Assembly: GCA_000934665.2 (NCBI GenBank)
Contig: JYFJ02003359.1
Span: forward strand, 1 to 43,201
Length of the DNA: 43,201 nucleotides
DNA from: Catajapyx aquilonaris
Taxonomy: Eukaryota
Direction of reading: 5' to 3'
Positions 10,489 through 24,600 of this stretch are shown here, one piece after another; positions within the stretch are counted from its first letter, which is position 1; the number at the start of each line of letters is the position of its first letter. A program made the translations under genes and the position numbers. Under the pieces are notes generated by a model. It was not told where the DNA came from. It worked only from the letters and a program-made list of their open reading frames with translations, and ran no database searches.

Positions 10489-12044
10489 TGGCTTCCTGGC
10501 TCATTACTAATCTTAAAGACCACATGGACTTCAACAGATGATAGAGCAGATTTTTTTTTCTTTGTGGTATAAATAACTTTGGGGATTTCGCTTGTATGCC
10601 CACTATACATGGTAGTTCAGTATAGTTTTGATAATGTGCTACATGTCCTCATTGAGATGGAAAGCTGGAATTGAGGCAAGCAGCGATTGTACAGGAAATT
10701 GCAAATTTGATGGAGAAACAAGAATAAAAATCATTTGGTAAAAAGCTGAAAATTGGTGTGTGTGAAGACAACTTATGGTGAGGAAAATTCAAGTTCCCCA
10801 AAATTCCGAGTGGTAGGAGGGTTTTCCCGAAAATAAGTTTCCCTTCGCGATTATTTCCGCATTATTTACAGCAGTTAGAGGACATTATTCTGCAGGGGTG
10901 AGCCAAACTCCTCACATGCGCAGGAGTAAGCAAAAGAAAGCGACCGGTATGCTGAGCGTGCCCACTCCATAAGGACTTGAGTCAAAAGACGTGGATGAAA
11001 AATCAAGTGAGGGCATTTATCTGCTACTTCCATGTCATTGTCCGGACAACTATGACCAGTGACCCGCAGGTCAGAGAAACCATGCCATCCACACGTTCAA
11101 CGTTCACCTTAGTCGTCAAAATCGATGCCCGTCCAGGGCCGCTGCTCCTCTGCTGCACTGTCATGGCCATTTGCTGCAGGTTACTGTGGATACAGTTGTC
11201 TGGACGACGACATGGAACTCGCAGATAACCGCCAGCACTTCATCTTTCGTTCACGTCCTTTGTTTCATGCGCTTATGAAGCGGGCACACTCGGTGCAAAA
11301 GTCACTTTCTTTCTCTTACTCCTGTGCATGTGAGGAGTGCACAAGGAAGACCTGGCTCACCCATCAGAACAATGTCCTCTGGCTGCTGAAGGTAAAAATT
11401 TTCCCATATTATGTACAATACTTTTGGATATAATCGCGAAGCGAAACTTATTTTTGGAAAGATCCTCATATATCCACCAAGAGCTTGAAAAAATTGTGCC
11501 TGAAACACACTTCAGTAAAACATTTTTCATACGCACAAATAAGGCTCTGACACCTTTTAATGTTCAGTATAAATGTGTGTAACATGGATAGTGGATTATC
11601 TCAAGACCATGCTTGAGCACAAGGAGGTCACAGATCATTGTCTTAACAAACGCAATTATGTGCAGTGTCGACATGGACCATCCGTATATTTATGCATGGA
11701 GCATGTCGAGTATGAGCGCTACAAAAATTTGATCCAAATGACGAAGACGACGACGATTATTATGCATAATAATTTAACAGGCTACAACTTGATACCTTCA
11801 CAATTCCTGTATGTATGGCTCCTGGAGGTATGGGACTGACTGATGAGGGAGGGGGAGTTGGACTCTCTAATGAGGCAAAGGAGCTGACATTAGGCCCAAA
11901 CTTCCATTTTGTCACAGTGCTCACAGTGTTGGGCAGGGCCGGTGGTGGTAGGGCGAGCGGGGCGGTGGCTCTGGGCTCCGTGCCTGAGGGGACCCTCCCG
12001 TGTGGGGCCCCTACAAATTCATTATTGTCAAAGGAGCAACAGAT

Positions 12045-12045
<1 letters not shown>

Positions 12046-12086
<41 letters not shown>

Positions 12087-12110
12087 CCCCCCCCNCTCTC
12101 CCCCCCCCCC
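12046..12110. repeat. (CT)n microsatellite followed by poly-C with an N
   Basis: Directly visible; assembly gap character at 12095. Confidence 0.95.
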
Positions 12111-12332
12111 TCCAACTGCTGTTGGGATTTTAAAATATTTAATGAATAAGAATGAACAGCATTCTTGTCCCTCATCCAAACCAGCCTGAGAAGGGTGGAA
12201 CTCAAGTGATGTAATATGTGACACACCAATCCACTGATCAACCATCTGGAGCATGTGATATCTTTTTCCATCCCTGAGATGTAAATAACATGACCTAAAA
12301 ATGCTTCCAGTATACAGTTTATTGGTGGTTTT

Positions 12333-12642
12333 AGGGAGGCGGAGTGGTGCTGCGGTAACGTATGCGCCCACGGATGTTAAGGTCACGGGGGTTCAATCCC
12401 AGCCCGGGTACACCCCCTTCATCTCGTGCAGAGTTGAGCTGCCGTCTCTGGCTTCGTCTTGGGTGGCTCCTTAGACTAACCACCAGGGTGAATTCACAAA
12501 ACGACCACAGATAAGACATTGCACTGCACTTTGCACATCCCCTCCTGTGGGCCCGGGTGCTTCATTAAAGGTTCCGATGTACAATTTGTACTAAAAATAA
12601 TAAATAAAGGTTCGTGCAGATACCCTAAGCAGATACCCCCAC

Positions 12643-12680
<38 letters not shown>
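12333..12680 (+). mobile_element. tRNA-derived SINE family B, copy 2
   Basis: GGGAGGCGGAGTGG head, B box GGTTCAATCC, family B body, (ATT)n tail, TSD TATTGGTGGTTTT (3' copy expanded). Confidence 0.88.
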
Positions 12681-12684
<4 letters not shown>

Positions 12685-13473
12685 GGTGGTGGTGGTGGTT
12701 TTTGTGTACTAGTTGGCATTAGTATCGAATGTGAATGTTATGGCCTGCTGTCCGAGTACTCACATTTCAGTCACTGGGATAAGCCCATTTGGCTTCTGGA
12801 CAAAACAGTCCGGCAAGCAGAACTGATAAGTAGTGTGATCCCAATAAACCCAGTGTATTACTGTATAAGGGTGGTTCCCCCCCACACCCCCCTATCCCAA
12901 GTGTGCAGGTTGCTTTAGTTATATAATTTTCCACTTCTGTTACTGCTTTTGTAGCTTGTTGCATCCCAATCCAGGTGCCTGATTATACAGGGTGAAGGTA
13001 AACTCACGGACAATAGCCAGGTAGACTGATTGCACTTGCAAAACTAAAATAGGGATATGCAATTAGTTTTCGGTGCCGTTGCACAGTTAATACGTGCAGT
13101 GCCTTTGAAGTGTAGAGGGCCGAAGGGTACAATATGAGGCAAAAACGACAAAAGTGCATGAGTGTCACACCCGGATTATTACTCTGACAGGATTTGATCA
13201 CCTATTGCACATGGACGATGTTATACAGACACTAGGCCGGATTATTCGGAGGCCCTCAGGCTGGCTTTTGCTTCTTTGAAGCTGGCGGAACGGATGTGAC
13301 ATCACGAAACTTTGATGGAGCCATACACATTAACCACGCAATGGCGCCAAAACTAATTGCAGTTTAATAGGTACAATATTAGCACCAGAACAGGATGAAA
13401 CAGACAATTTTACTACAGCAGTTACTACTTTCAGCTGATACTCTTGTTTGTAACATACTAATGTAAACACTTG

Positions 13474-13821
13474 GGGGAGGTGTGGTGGCCGGGATGGTAA
13501 CGTCACGGCTTGCTGTGTGAAAGGCCCCAGGTTCGATCCCCGCCTGGGGAACTTTCCTTTCACCTGCGTCGGGAGGGTCTCTGACCTGCACCAAGGAGGT
13601 GTCTGGCAACCTAACCTCCTGGGGAACAGCACATGACCCGTTTTCTGACGTGCACCTTGCACCCATGTTCCCTCCCCAAAAACCCCCTATCCCTTCCCCA
13701 TGTCCTTTCATCCTTGCACCGGAGTGAAGAAGAAAAAAATAAAAAATTGAAGAAAATGGTGGTATCCCACCCCCCTATAAGGACCCATGGCCCTAGCACG
13801 GGGTAACGAAAAAAAAAAAAA
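13474..13821 (+). mobile_element. tRNA-derived SINE family C, copy 1
   Basis: A box TGGCCGGGATGG, B box GGTTCGATCC, body shared with 22190-22540, poly-A tail, perfect TSD AATGTAAACACTTG at 13460-13473 and 13822-13835. Confidence 0.92.
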
Positions 13822-15694
13822 AATGTAAACACTTGCTTCACTACCAAATCAGTTCCTTCATGCCATTTGTGTTCTGACTTAATGTTACCTCATGACATCA
13901 TTATGCAAGCACATTCTGTCACCTTGCCCATAGAGGCTTCAAATTCCAAGTTATCTGATTCTAGAAATCCAAGGTTAAAATGTTTGGTTAAATCCTGCAC
14001 AAGAAAATATTGCTATTACATCAGTGCAGTGAATCTTGACCTGAAATTCCCAATATTATATAAATATTGTTTTAAAAGTAGCTTAAACCACAACAATAAA
14101 AACTACTTCCCAATGTCCAACTTGCATTCTCTTGTTGGATAAAACCGCAGCATCCAAGCAAGTTTCACTTGCTTATGTGCAGAGGGTTTTCTTTAAGGTG
14201 GATATACATACTTCTGCCCCATTCATTTACCTCATGTTATACCAATTTCCCGGAAACACGACCCAGATACCAGAATATACTTTGCATATACTACTCTGTA
14301 TATATTGCTTATGCAATATTTGGCACCATTAAAAGACCAACCTCAAGTGACATGTAAATCAAGTGACATTGATTACCTTTCTTCGTTATGAATTCAGTAA
14401 CATCTTGGACGTGAAAAATGCAAATTCAAATGACTAAAAAGTACTTTTTCACTGGAAAAACTTCTTCTTGTTTACAGAAGGAATCCAATAGCATCTGAAT
14501 GGCAGATGCATCACTGCACTTCATGTGGCTCCTTTTTAGGCCTAGTTGTCTGCATAATGAAGTAATTTTCACTCACCAGATTGGTCACAGCAGAGACTTT
14601 AGAGACACAAAATACAAGACAAAATATCAATCACCAAACATGAGTTCACTCAAGTTCAAACTATAAATCCACCTCTAATGGAGACCATTATGTGCGGTCC
14701 ACAAATCATTTCAACACCACCTTGGAAATAGCTGTAGGAAAGGTGGAAAGATTAAAACACTCAATAATTTGGCATTGTCATTTAGATTCAGACAGCTTGA
14801 TGGGATGAAAGCCCACATTTATTTTGCATGATTTTCCACACACACAATAAAGATAAAGGAAAGTTAATGAGAATAATTTCATGACATGATGCATTTGTGT
14901 AAGATAAAAACTACGTCATCATTACCATTCTGGCTTGCTCTAAACATATAAGCATGACGAATTACTAAAAAGTCACTATGGTATCCCTCAACAAGCCATG
15001 TGTTCACTTGCTCTCTGTTGGATTTTACAATTGCGAGACGAACGTCCAACAAACTGAAGTATTTTCCCTTCAGCACCATTATGCCGACATACATGACAAG
15101 TGATGTGCATTAGTACACAAACGCAAAATATTTGTATAAAAATAAACATCACAACATTTGTCAGACCCAGTGTACTGGCAGGCAGTTTGATGTAGACTGA
15201 CAGCCACTTAGTGGATGACATAACCATTATCCACTTGACTCCTGCCCACACCCAACGACTTGCATTACAGTATGCCATACAAACTAGTAAAATGAGTCTA
15301 AACCTTCCATACAAAGTTCAGCTTCACTACGCATATTAGGAACTAGAAGTGATATTTTATGACAGAATCTGCTTCTCCCAACCACCAGAAACACCGTTGA
15401 GAGCAATTGCGGTATCGAAAACTAGAATATACCAACGAGAAAAATATTGCCCATGGGGTAAGGAGGGGAGGGAATATTCTAAAGGTGGGCACAAACAGGC
15501 TTTTGTTTTCATTATTCACACCAAACTATAAATGAAAATAGGCTTTCTCAGATCACACAATTGTTAACGTAAACAGGATTTTTTTACACTTGAGAGACCA
15601 AGTAAAAATCTAACAAGCTCACTGTCCCGCACCTCAATTTGAGCACTTGCACTACAGTCAGTCCAGTACCTTGTCTGCCGAATGCTGGTTTCTT

Positions 15695-18600
15695 TTAGCA
15701 GGTCTCAGACCGTTGGCGCTGAAGCGCCAGATCTTCTGTATCCAGAAAGTTACGAACGCACCGCTGGCATTCGGATGAGTTCCAGTGCTGCGCAAGCAGT
15801 TGGCACTCGTTGTTGAGGGTGGCATCCAGCTTGGCACACAGCTGGTGACGCAGCAGTGCTTTGGTAGCTTCCATCGCCTGTGAAAAAGCAGGCATGGCAA
15901 GTGTGAACCAGCATGGAAATATACTTACACAGCTGTCATGTTTTTCATGCTATATTAAGGACTGGCATACTAATCCTGGCCAATTGCCCAACTTGGCAAA
16001 AATAGAGACAAAACTGGCCTAATGCCCAGTCAAATCCAGGCGATAAATCACCAACGCTATCAAGTCAGATGCAACTTGGCTGCGTAGCTTTCAACCATGC
16101 AGCAACACTACAAGCACCTCCTGTTGCTGGTCAGCTTGACAGTCATTGAAACCGCATCACGTCAACAGCAATTCAGCGATGATCATGTTATATTTCCAAC
16201 TGGGGTAAGTAAGAGTATGCCACTGCATGTACAAATAGATTTGCATTGCAAAACTTAGCATTTACTCTGTACCAATAAATTTATGCAACAGATAATCACT
16301 CCCTCTTTGGATATTGTGTTATGATGATACTTGAGTGAATAATCTGGAGATACTTTATTCGGCAACTATTATTTAATATGCTACACATTATCAGGTGACT
16401 ATTACATTTTGATTGATGCAATTCTAAATGGCCACTAGAAAATCACATCTTCATTTCCCATAATCTTCCTAACACACCATCGTAACTGTTAAGCAATACA
16501 CTGCATGACAATTAAGAATGAAGTCGAAGTCGCCCCCCCCCTACAGGAGTCTACAATTGATTCTTAGTTTCAAGTAAACGGCCACTTGATGCAGCAACAG
16601 ACTTTGTAAACCTAAGCAGTTAGCAAGTACCCTACAAAATTGCGAGCCATGACATTATTTTACAATACTGATTTTTTTCTAGATCCATGTGGAGCGTGAC
16701 ATGCCCGAATGTACCTCTAGAACATCCATCTGCAACATACTTCACCGACGGTTTTGGTACCCAAAGCAAGTCATACGACAATGCATGTGCCCAAATAGAC
16801 TGGAATGTCCTACAGAATGGGCATCATCACAGCAATCCAACACTATTCATCTTGACAATCGCTCACAAATGAAGGTTAGTTCTGACATGTTCACAATGAT
16901 GTTCTTCTGAATATAGGACACACAATATATGCTTCCACACAGCCATTGGTGCATCCTCAGGTACTACATGACCTTTTACTTAATTAATAATTTTTCACAA
17001 TATTAGGTCAGCTCATTCTCATACATACTACTGAACATAAATGAGATCTAGGTATAGGCAATGGACCAAGCAGGGCTTTTCACTGACCAACACAGCTTAC
17101 ATTTACCAGTCAACTGTTGACAATGGCACCTCCCAAATGGATGCAACTTTCTCAGCACAAATTCAATCATCACAGGTGCATCTTCATATACAGGGTAGTG
17201 AAAATTTGCACATTCCCACCCAGCCACAGGACCCTTGTGATTTTCGACGACAAATTACCCTCTTTAATTTGCATCCTTTTGACTCCAGTATGGAAATAAT
17301 TACATGCTAATTCTTTCGATATCACCCATACTTGCATTAACTCCATTATGGAGCCAATAGCACATAAACCAAAGGGTAATTTCATCTGCGCGAAATTGCA
17401 ACAAACCCATGGCTAACAGGAAGTGCACGTCTCTTGCGCCAGCCTGTATATTTTAATAAAAAGAAGATGAAATGGGCATATCACAATATCATTGCCGATG
17501 GGGTATGGTGACAGATATAACTCATAAATAAATGTGGAAAAATTACCGAAATTACTCGAGATTGCAACACAATATAATATGCAATGGAGATGGAATACTT
17601 CCATGAGCATGGGGCAGCTGTATGACTGCCACATGAGTAAGACCTTGTGCTGCTTGGAATCTGACAAATCGATCCCAATGGGCCATTGTAGGTTGCAAAA
17701 TTTGAACGTTGCGAAACGTTTTGATTAGGGGCCTTACAAATTTCCATGTGGCGATAAATCCACCTTAAATTTTCACAACTATACTTCTAGTGCATTTCTA
17801 GTCCCGTCCAATAATACATCATTCACCAATTGCCTCCTTCTAGTAAATGAAGAGTAATTTTTAAAACCATTTACTATTTTTTGCAACACTGCAAACATTG
17901 CTACCAATTTGTCATATTCTCACAGTGGTGACTGGTCACTGACATAGAAGTCATACAATGGTCCCAAGCTCACACAAGTATTCCACCTCCATTGCTTATT
18001 ATACTTGTACTGTATTGCAATGAGGAGTGATTTCGTAATTTTGCTACATTTATTCATGGGTTATCTCTGACACCTACCCCAATGACAAGACATTAAAATC
18101 ACATTCAGATGAAAAATAAAATCAACATGCTGAATATGCCCCAGAGCTGCCCCAGAGGCCATTTTAAAACCACATTTCTGGTGAACACTGTTGCAAAATT
18201 CTGGAACTTGTCTTGAAATCACCTCTTGGGTATGTCATGACATTGTTTCTTTCATAAAATTCACTGGAGGTTAAGCCCCACGCTTGACGTACTTGGCGTA
18301 GAATGACTCATAATTATTGGGGGCCATGGCAAAACAGGAAATCCTAAAAAAGATCCCTTCTAAATGATGTAAGCATAGCAGCAGTTTATTTTCCATGCCC
18401 CCAATATGATTCGTGGTTTACGTAATGAAATAAAAGGCAAACTGCCAGCTGCTTCGAGTAAAAACTATATCTGATCTTCAAGAGGGGAGGGGGGCACAGT
18501 AGTCTAGTGGCTATGCTGCTGGCCAGCCAAAGGTCCAGGAGGTCCAGGACTCAAATGCCATCCCTGTCACTTTTGCATGGCAGTCATTTTCTGCTTTTCA

Positions 18601-21600
18601 CCTGACATGTCCAGGTAGATTTGCACTCCCTCCTTTGCCTCGGACCCCCCCCNCCCCCAAAAAAAAAAAAACAAAAAAAAAAAAATCTGGCATATCTGAT
18701 GGCCCGAAATGAACTTGAAAACTATTTAAGGAACCTCCCCTCCCTCCGCCTGCAGACCCAGGCGCTTCATTGAAGAAGGCTTCTTGACGTATTGACTTGT
18801 AAGCATAAATAAAGGTCCATGCAATACCTCCCCGGAGGTCCGCACTGCCTCAAATATCTGCTGTTCAGAAAGTAGAAAGGCTAAATTTCTGTCTACAAAA
18901 GTGGTCTCCTTTTTTGGACCTACTAGGTGTACCAAAACTAAGGTAACTTGTTAGTATATTGGTATGTAACACTTAATGAAGAATTCAACTCTGGCCATGC
19001 AAAATAATTAACGAGAAATACAGTATTATTCCCCTGAGGAGCAGATAAGTGGATTTGCCACAGGACAGTAACACTACTAGAAATAAGCAAAACAGCCAAA
19101 AGTAATATATTTCTGTTATAATCCTGTGGATAACCATGTGGCAAGCAATTCGCCAATCAAAAATCATTTTTCCTCACACACTTGCAATTATTGAANCATA
19201 AATAAAGGTCCATGCAATACCTCCCCGGAGGTCCGCACTGCCTCAAATATCTGATGTTCAGAAAGTAGAGAGGCTAAATTTCTGTCTACAAAAGTGGTCT
19301 CCTTTTTTGGACCTACTAGGTGTACCAAAACTAAGGTAACTTGTTAGTATATTGGTATGTAACACTTAATGAAGAATTCAACTCTGGCCATGCAAAATAA
19401 TTAACGAGAAATACAGTATTATTCCCCTGAGGAGCAGATAAGTGGATTTGCCACAGGACAGTAACACTACTAGAAATAAGCAAAACAGCCAAAAGTAATA
19501 TATTTCTGTTATAATCCTGTGGATAACCATGTGGCAAGCAATTCGCCAATCAAAAATCATTTTTCCTCACACACTTGCAATTATTGAAAATTTTAAAATC
19601 TTACACGGAGTAAGAATGACAAGCTCTCCCCATCATGGCTATTGATAATCTCATGTGAATTGCATCTTATGCAACACCAGTTTTAAAACTATCAGGCATG
19701 TTTGTTATGCATGCACAAGACTGTCAAGACCTGATTCCAATGCAAACAGCACAGCCTGCACCTGGACTCAGACTGACTGGCTAGCCTGATGTAGGCATCT
19801 GCGCTGGGGAAGATTGGACAGTACGATCATTTGATGTCAGTACTAGTGTACTTCACATAAGTCAGTGAACTGACAAGCTTCTTTCCAAGCAATTCAATCC
19901 TCGATTGTGGGAGAAACCAGGGTTAGTACAATTGGAGATCGCAGGATTGGATCAAGCAAGTTGGCCAGATGGCCATGTGTGCCTTCTGCATTGATCTTCC
20001 TCTAGGTGGTGTTCAAATTCAAATTCTCCATTGAGCCAGTCAGAACATAAACACCACCCTACAATCGAGAGTAAAATCATCCTGAGAGAAGCTTCATGTT
20101 TCACAGATTCATATGGGGTACAGTATAGAATGGTCAGACAATTATTCTTCCACACAAATACCCCACTTATGTGAGTAAACACTTTCTGCTTTGGCAAGAA
20201 TGCCGATAACTCATCAAGAAAGGTCTCAAGCTGATTAGCCATCCTGGAACTGCGCCCAATTTTAGCAAACATTCGATCCCATTATCTGAATCAAAATAAC
20301 ATTGCTCCAGCATGTCAATAAAAACTCGAAAACCCTCGCGGGCCTAGCCCCAGTAAGAGAGAAAGGTAATCTTAGTGCCAAAGACTTTCAAGAAAGTTTT
20401 AAACCTCTTAGCAGATCACCCAGAATCCTGTTTCCACATCTGCAATATCATGCAGCTGTCCCTAATTTGAAACTACTAACTTCCAGAATAAAATTGCATA
20501 ATAATTATTTTGGAAATGCACTGAAATGGGCACTATATGTGTGATGCTGTTCAAAAACTTTTCTTTCAATGTCAGTAGTAGCCAATGTTGTAATTTATAT
20601 CCAAGTTGTTTTCTTATGCTGCAGTTTTGTGATGAGATCACACACTTGGAAACCTGCAAGGCAGGTGCCCCAGCCCTGACATTTGTGAGTCGCAAGGATC
20701 AGAGGAAGGGTCAAGTCTTGCATGAGACACACCGAGTCAATGAAACCAAGGTGCACTGCCACTGCCCATCACCATTCTATTGGAAACTGGCCAGAGTGAA
20801 TCACACCTCAAGTGATGAATTCACAGAAATTTATCATTGTGAAGAGGTATGAGTTATAGCCCCAAACTTTCATGCAAAAATTTTCTACCAATTCATTTCC
20901 TTCCAGCTGAACAATTGCCGCAGTGGCGAATTCTGCGGGCACATTAGAGCGGATCAGTATTCCACTTATTACCAGTGTACGTGTCCACCTAACCATATGT
21001 GCTTGATTAAGGACTACAAAACAATGACAGCTAAGGAGTTGCACTTTGAAGGTCCTGCATATAAAGGAGTTTGTGTCAGTCGAAATGACATGTAATAAAC
21101 CAATTCTGCTATAATTTTTTTGCTTTCCCCCACATAAACCGACACACACACACCCTACATTCCGTTGCCCATACGACGGCATTTGCCCTACTTGTCACAA
21201 AGGAGTGAACCTACTAATGGAATTAGCCACACTCACATCATCTGATGCAGGACTTGGGCCTTCATGAAGATGCATTGCAGCCAAAAACAGCCACATCTAC
21301 CTCTACTGTGACCTCTACTGTCTTGTAAACAAGATGGGCAAATCCCACGAGCATGATTCAAGTACTCTTTCTCATTAATTATGGGCAGCGGGAAATGAAG
21401 CTGACAACATTCTATGCCGTTGTTGCCAGACTTGAATCCCACTGCATTGTACTGGTCACAGGGGTGCATCAATATATCATGCAAGGTCAAGCTGGGCAGT
21501 GGATATCGTAACCTAGGCAGCTTATCGATTCCAGGATCAGCCTGGGTGATAATATCATGGTGGCCAAGCTCACACATTGCAATCCGGACCTCAGGAATTA

Positions 21601-24600
21601 ATTCCACAGCCCCTGCGCCAGATCGCCAAGCAAACCCAAGGAACCCATGAAAACTAATTTCTAAATAGATAGAATGAACTGAAAACCCGAAGTTAACTAT
21701 GAAATCTATTTTGAGCACACCGAATCCGAATCCAAAACCTGTTTGCCACTATCTCATGCAGTGAAGGGCCTGATACATATCCACGGACAGATGGACGGAG
21801 CCATTCTATAAACCTTCTTTTTAAAAAAGAGAAAGCCTAAAATGTACCAAACAAGTTGGATGGCTGCCAGCAATTAGCATCCATCAGGTATGACTGGTCA
21901 CATAATTTTGAACACAAATTATTAAAACAAAAACAACATAAGGTGACCCTAGTGAATTAATCCTCAGGTATATCAATAAGGTAATTTCAATCACTGTTCA
22001 GTGATGACAAATTTCTCATTATTCCTAAATCCATGTGATGCAAGCTTGGTTGTAAGGATATTGCATGTACTCTATAAAACTGGTACGAGTAGTTGCCATA
22101 CTAGTTTCGGACTAGCTGGCCTGCAGATGCATTGTTGTTGTGAGCAATGCATTGAATACTAGATGAAGATGCCATGGTATCACATTGGAGGGGAGGTGCG
22201 GTGGCCGAGATGGAAACGTCTCGGGTTGCTGAGTGAAAGGTCCCAGGTTCAATCCCTGCCTGGGAGTTCCCTTTCGCCTGCGTCAGGAGGGTCTCTGACC
22301 CGCGCCTTGGAGGTGTCTGGCAACCTAACTTCCTGGGGAACAGCACATGACCCAATTTGAGACAATGCACTTGCACCCATGTTCCCTCCCCAAAAAATCC
22401 CAATCCTTACCCAATGTCCTTGATTCCCTGCACCAGAGTGAAGTTAACCCAGAAATTGAAAGAAAAATGGTGGTGTACCACCCCCCTATAGAACACGTAA
22501 GGTCATCACGAAGTACAATAAATAATTTTTTTTTTTAAAGTTATCACACTAGATTCCACCAGGCATCTTCTCAGATTCCAAATGGATGTCATTGTGAGCG
22601 TACAATGGATACTTTGGCTGTTTCAGTCCCACTTCAAGATGGCTACTATGCACAGCGTTATATTTCTCAAGCCACTATTAATTGACTTCTGGATGGATGG
22701 CACTTATTGTGTGGTAGCAGCCTCTACTGCAAAGCAATCACTCTTCTGCTTGTCAAGCATTATCCAATTGTGTAGTCTTAGCGGGCTTTCCCCCCCTCCC
22801 TTGTTTGTACCCTGCTGTACTCTGCACCCCCTCCTATGCAGTATCATAAACATTTCTATTGTATTCTATGATAAAGGCGTATTTAAATTTGCAGCAACTT
22901 GTTCATTGCATGGCTACATTTTTGTCGAGCTTGTCTGGACATCTCAATGTAACTGCAGTCCTGCATATCCTCTTTTCAGTCTTGTATATCTATAATAAAA
23001 ATCTACCTTATGCATCTCAGCTGGGCTACTTTTACTTCCTGACTTGCACAGGGTATTAGCCCGAGATAACACAATGTTAATTATGATACGTGTACCCCAT
23101 ACAAGTCATGTCAGTCCAACTGCAACACTAAAGGCCCATTCACACAGGCCGTCGCCAGTTTTGGTTTTTGGTCGCGTTGATGCCGCGGACCAATCAGAGC
23201 GGGCCCTCACGGTCGACGGTTTCGGTCACCGGTCTCGTCGACCAGATCTGTTGATGTCTGCTTTTGGTTTTGGTCTTGGTCGATCTCAAACTGCGACCGG
23301 CCAATAGAAGTCCGTGGTTGGGCAGCGCGCATGCGCACTGCCCAAGCGGGTCATGTAAACATTCAACCGACAAAAGAAGAGCAGCTTGCGCAAATTGGAA
23401 TCTGAGAAAAAGATGGCCCCCATGGTAGATGACGGTCGGGACAAGGCCTTTATCGACGAGGGGGAGAGATGCAGCCTGCTCTACGAGGTGGGGAGGGCCG
23501 AGTATCGAACATGGGGAAGCGGGAGGAGGCATGGTAAAAGGTGGGCAAAAGACCTGGGAAGACCAAGTAAGTTTTAATCAAATGCATTGTGAACCACGTC
23601 CTGCACATGTTCCGAGGGCCGTTCCGAGCGAATTTATGTACAAACTGCGCTTGAAATAATGGCATGGTAGCTCACGTTGCTTCCTCTTCCTCCGAAGGAC
23701 GATAAGGGCGTGGAATAAAACCAGCTGGTACGTGTATGCTAGTATGCAGCTGTAATGACATCCACGTCCATCATGTTGCCTGCGCGCATGCGGCAGTGGC
23801 ACTAGCGGCAAAGACCAAAACTACAACCGGCGATGGCCTGTGTGAAACTGACCAGCGGAAAATGCTCGACCAGCACTTCGACGCGACCAAAGACCAAAAC
23901 CGTCGACGGCCTGTGTGAATGGGCCTTAATGCTCATTAATTGAAGAGTGGACATGCACAAGGCTCTAACAAGTGCCAAAATACAAGATTTGAGATTTTTT
24001 CCAATGAATAATAATCTGAGTTAAAAATGGACAGTTTTTGCTTACTCTTCATACTAGTCCAAGTATTCATAAATTACAGGGTGTTTCAGAGTCACGAGTC
24101 AAGCGTGCGCGAGGGGGTGGGGAAAAATCGTAGGTGGCGACAACCCCTGGTCGGTTTGATAAAACAATTAGACATACAGCAGGATACTGAACACACTACT
24201 GTACAGTAGTACACTACTCTGTACAGTACCCTGCCGGTGTAGCATGAGAGCGCCTTTTTCAGTGCAACCCGCAAAGCTAAAAAGCCGCTCAACCAGGTTC
24301 AACCCACTGAATCTGCCAGTCCACGCCAGTCAATTCGAATACAGAAAGGATGTGACGTCACGCCGTACGGCCGTAATAAATAAATTTATTGCTGCCGTAT
24401 TTCTAATTGTTTTATAAAACCGACCGGGGTTGTCGCCACCTACGATTTTTCCCCACCCCCTCGCACACTGAAACACCCTGTATACAATTACATCACTTTT
24501 CAGCTACTGCAAATCGCCAAGCTCCTCACATAACAAAAACACAGTGTCTTTAGGCAGGCGATAGTTCTTGAGAAACAGTCATCGGGCAACCCTAAAAGCC

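Noticed and set aside
11760..12386. 208-aa ORF and other poly-Ile/Leu/ER ORFs (7970, 9924, 24992)
   Set aside because: Products of microsatellites and SINE tails, one spanning an N.
13608..13618. AACCTAACCT in SINE C as a telomerase-RNA-like template for TTAGG repeats
   Set aside because: Only 10 nt, altered in the second copy, and no other telomerase RNA features; chance is sufficient.
18804..19588. Tandem duplication with duplicated 72-aa and 60-aa ORFs as a real gene duplication
   Set aside because: Copies abut exactly at an N and differ by only about two bases, typical of unmerged haplotypes; the ORFs show no recognisable motifs.
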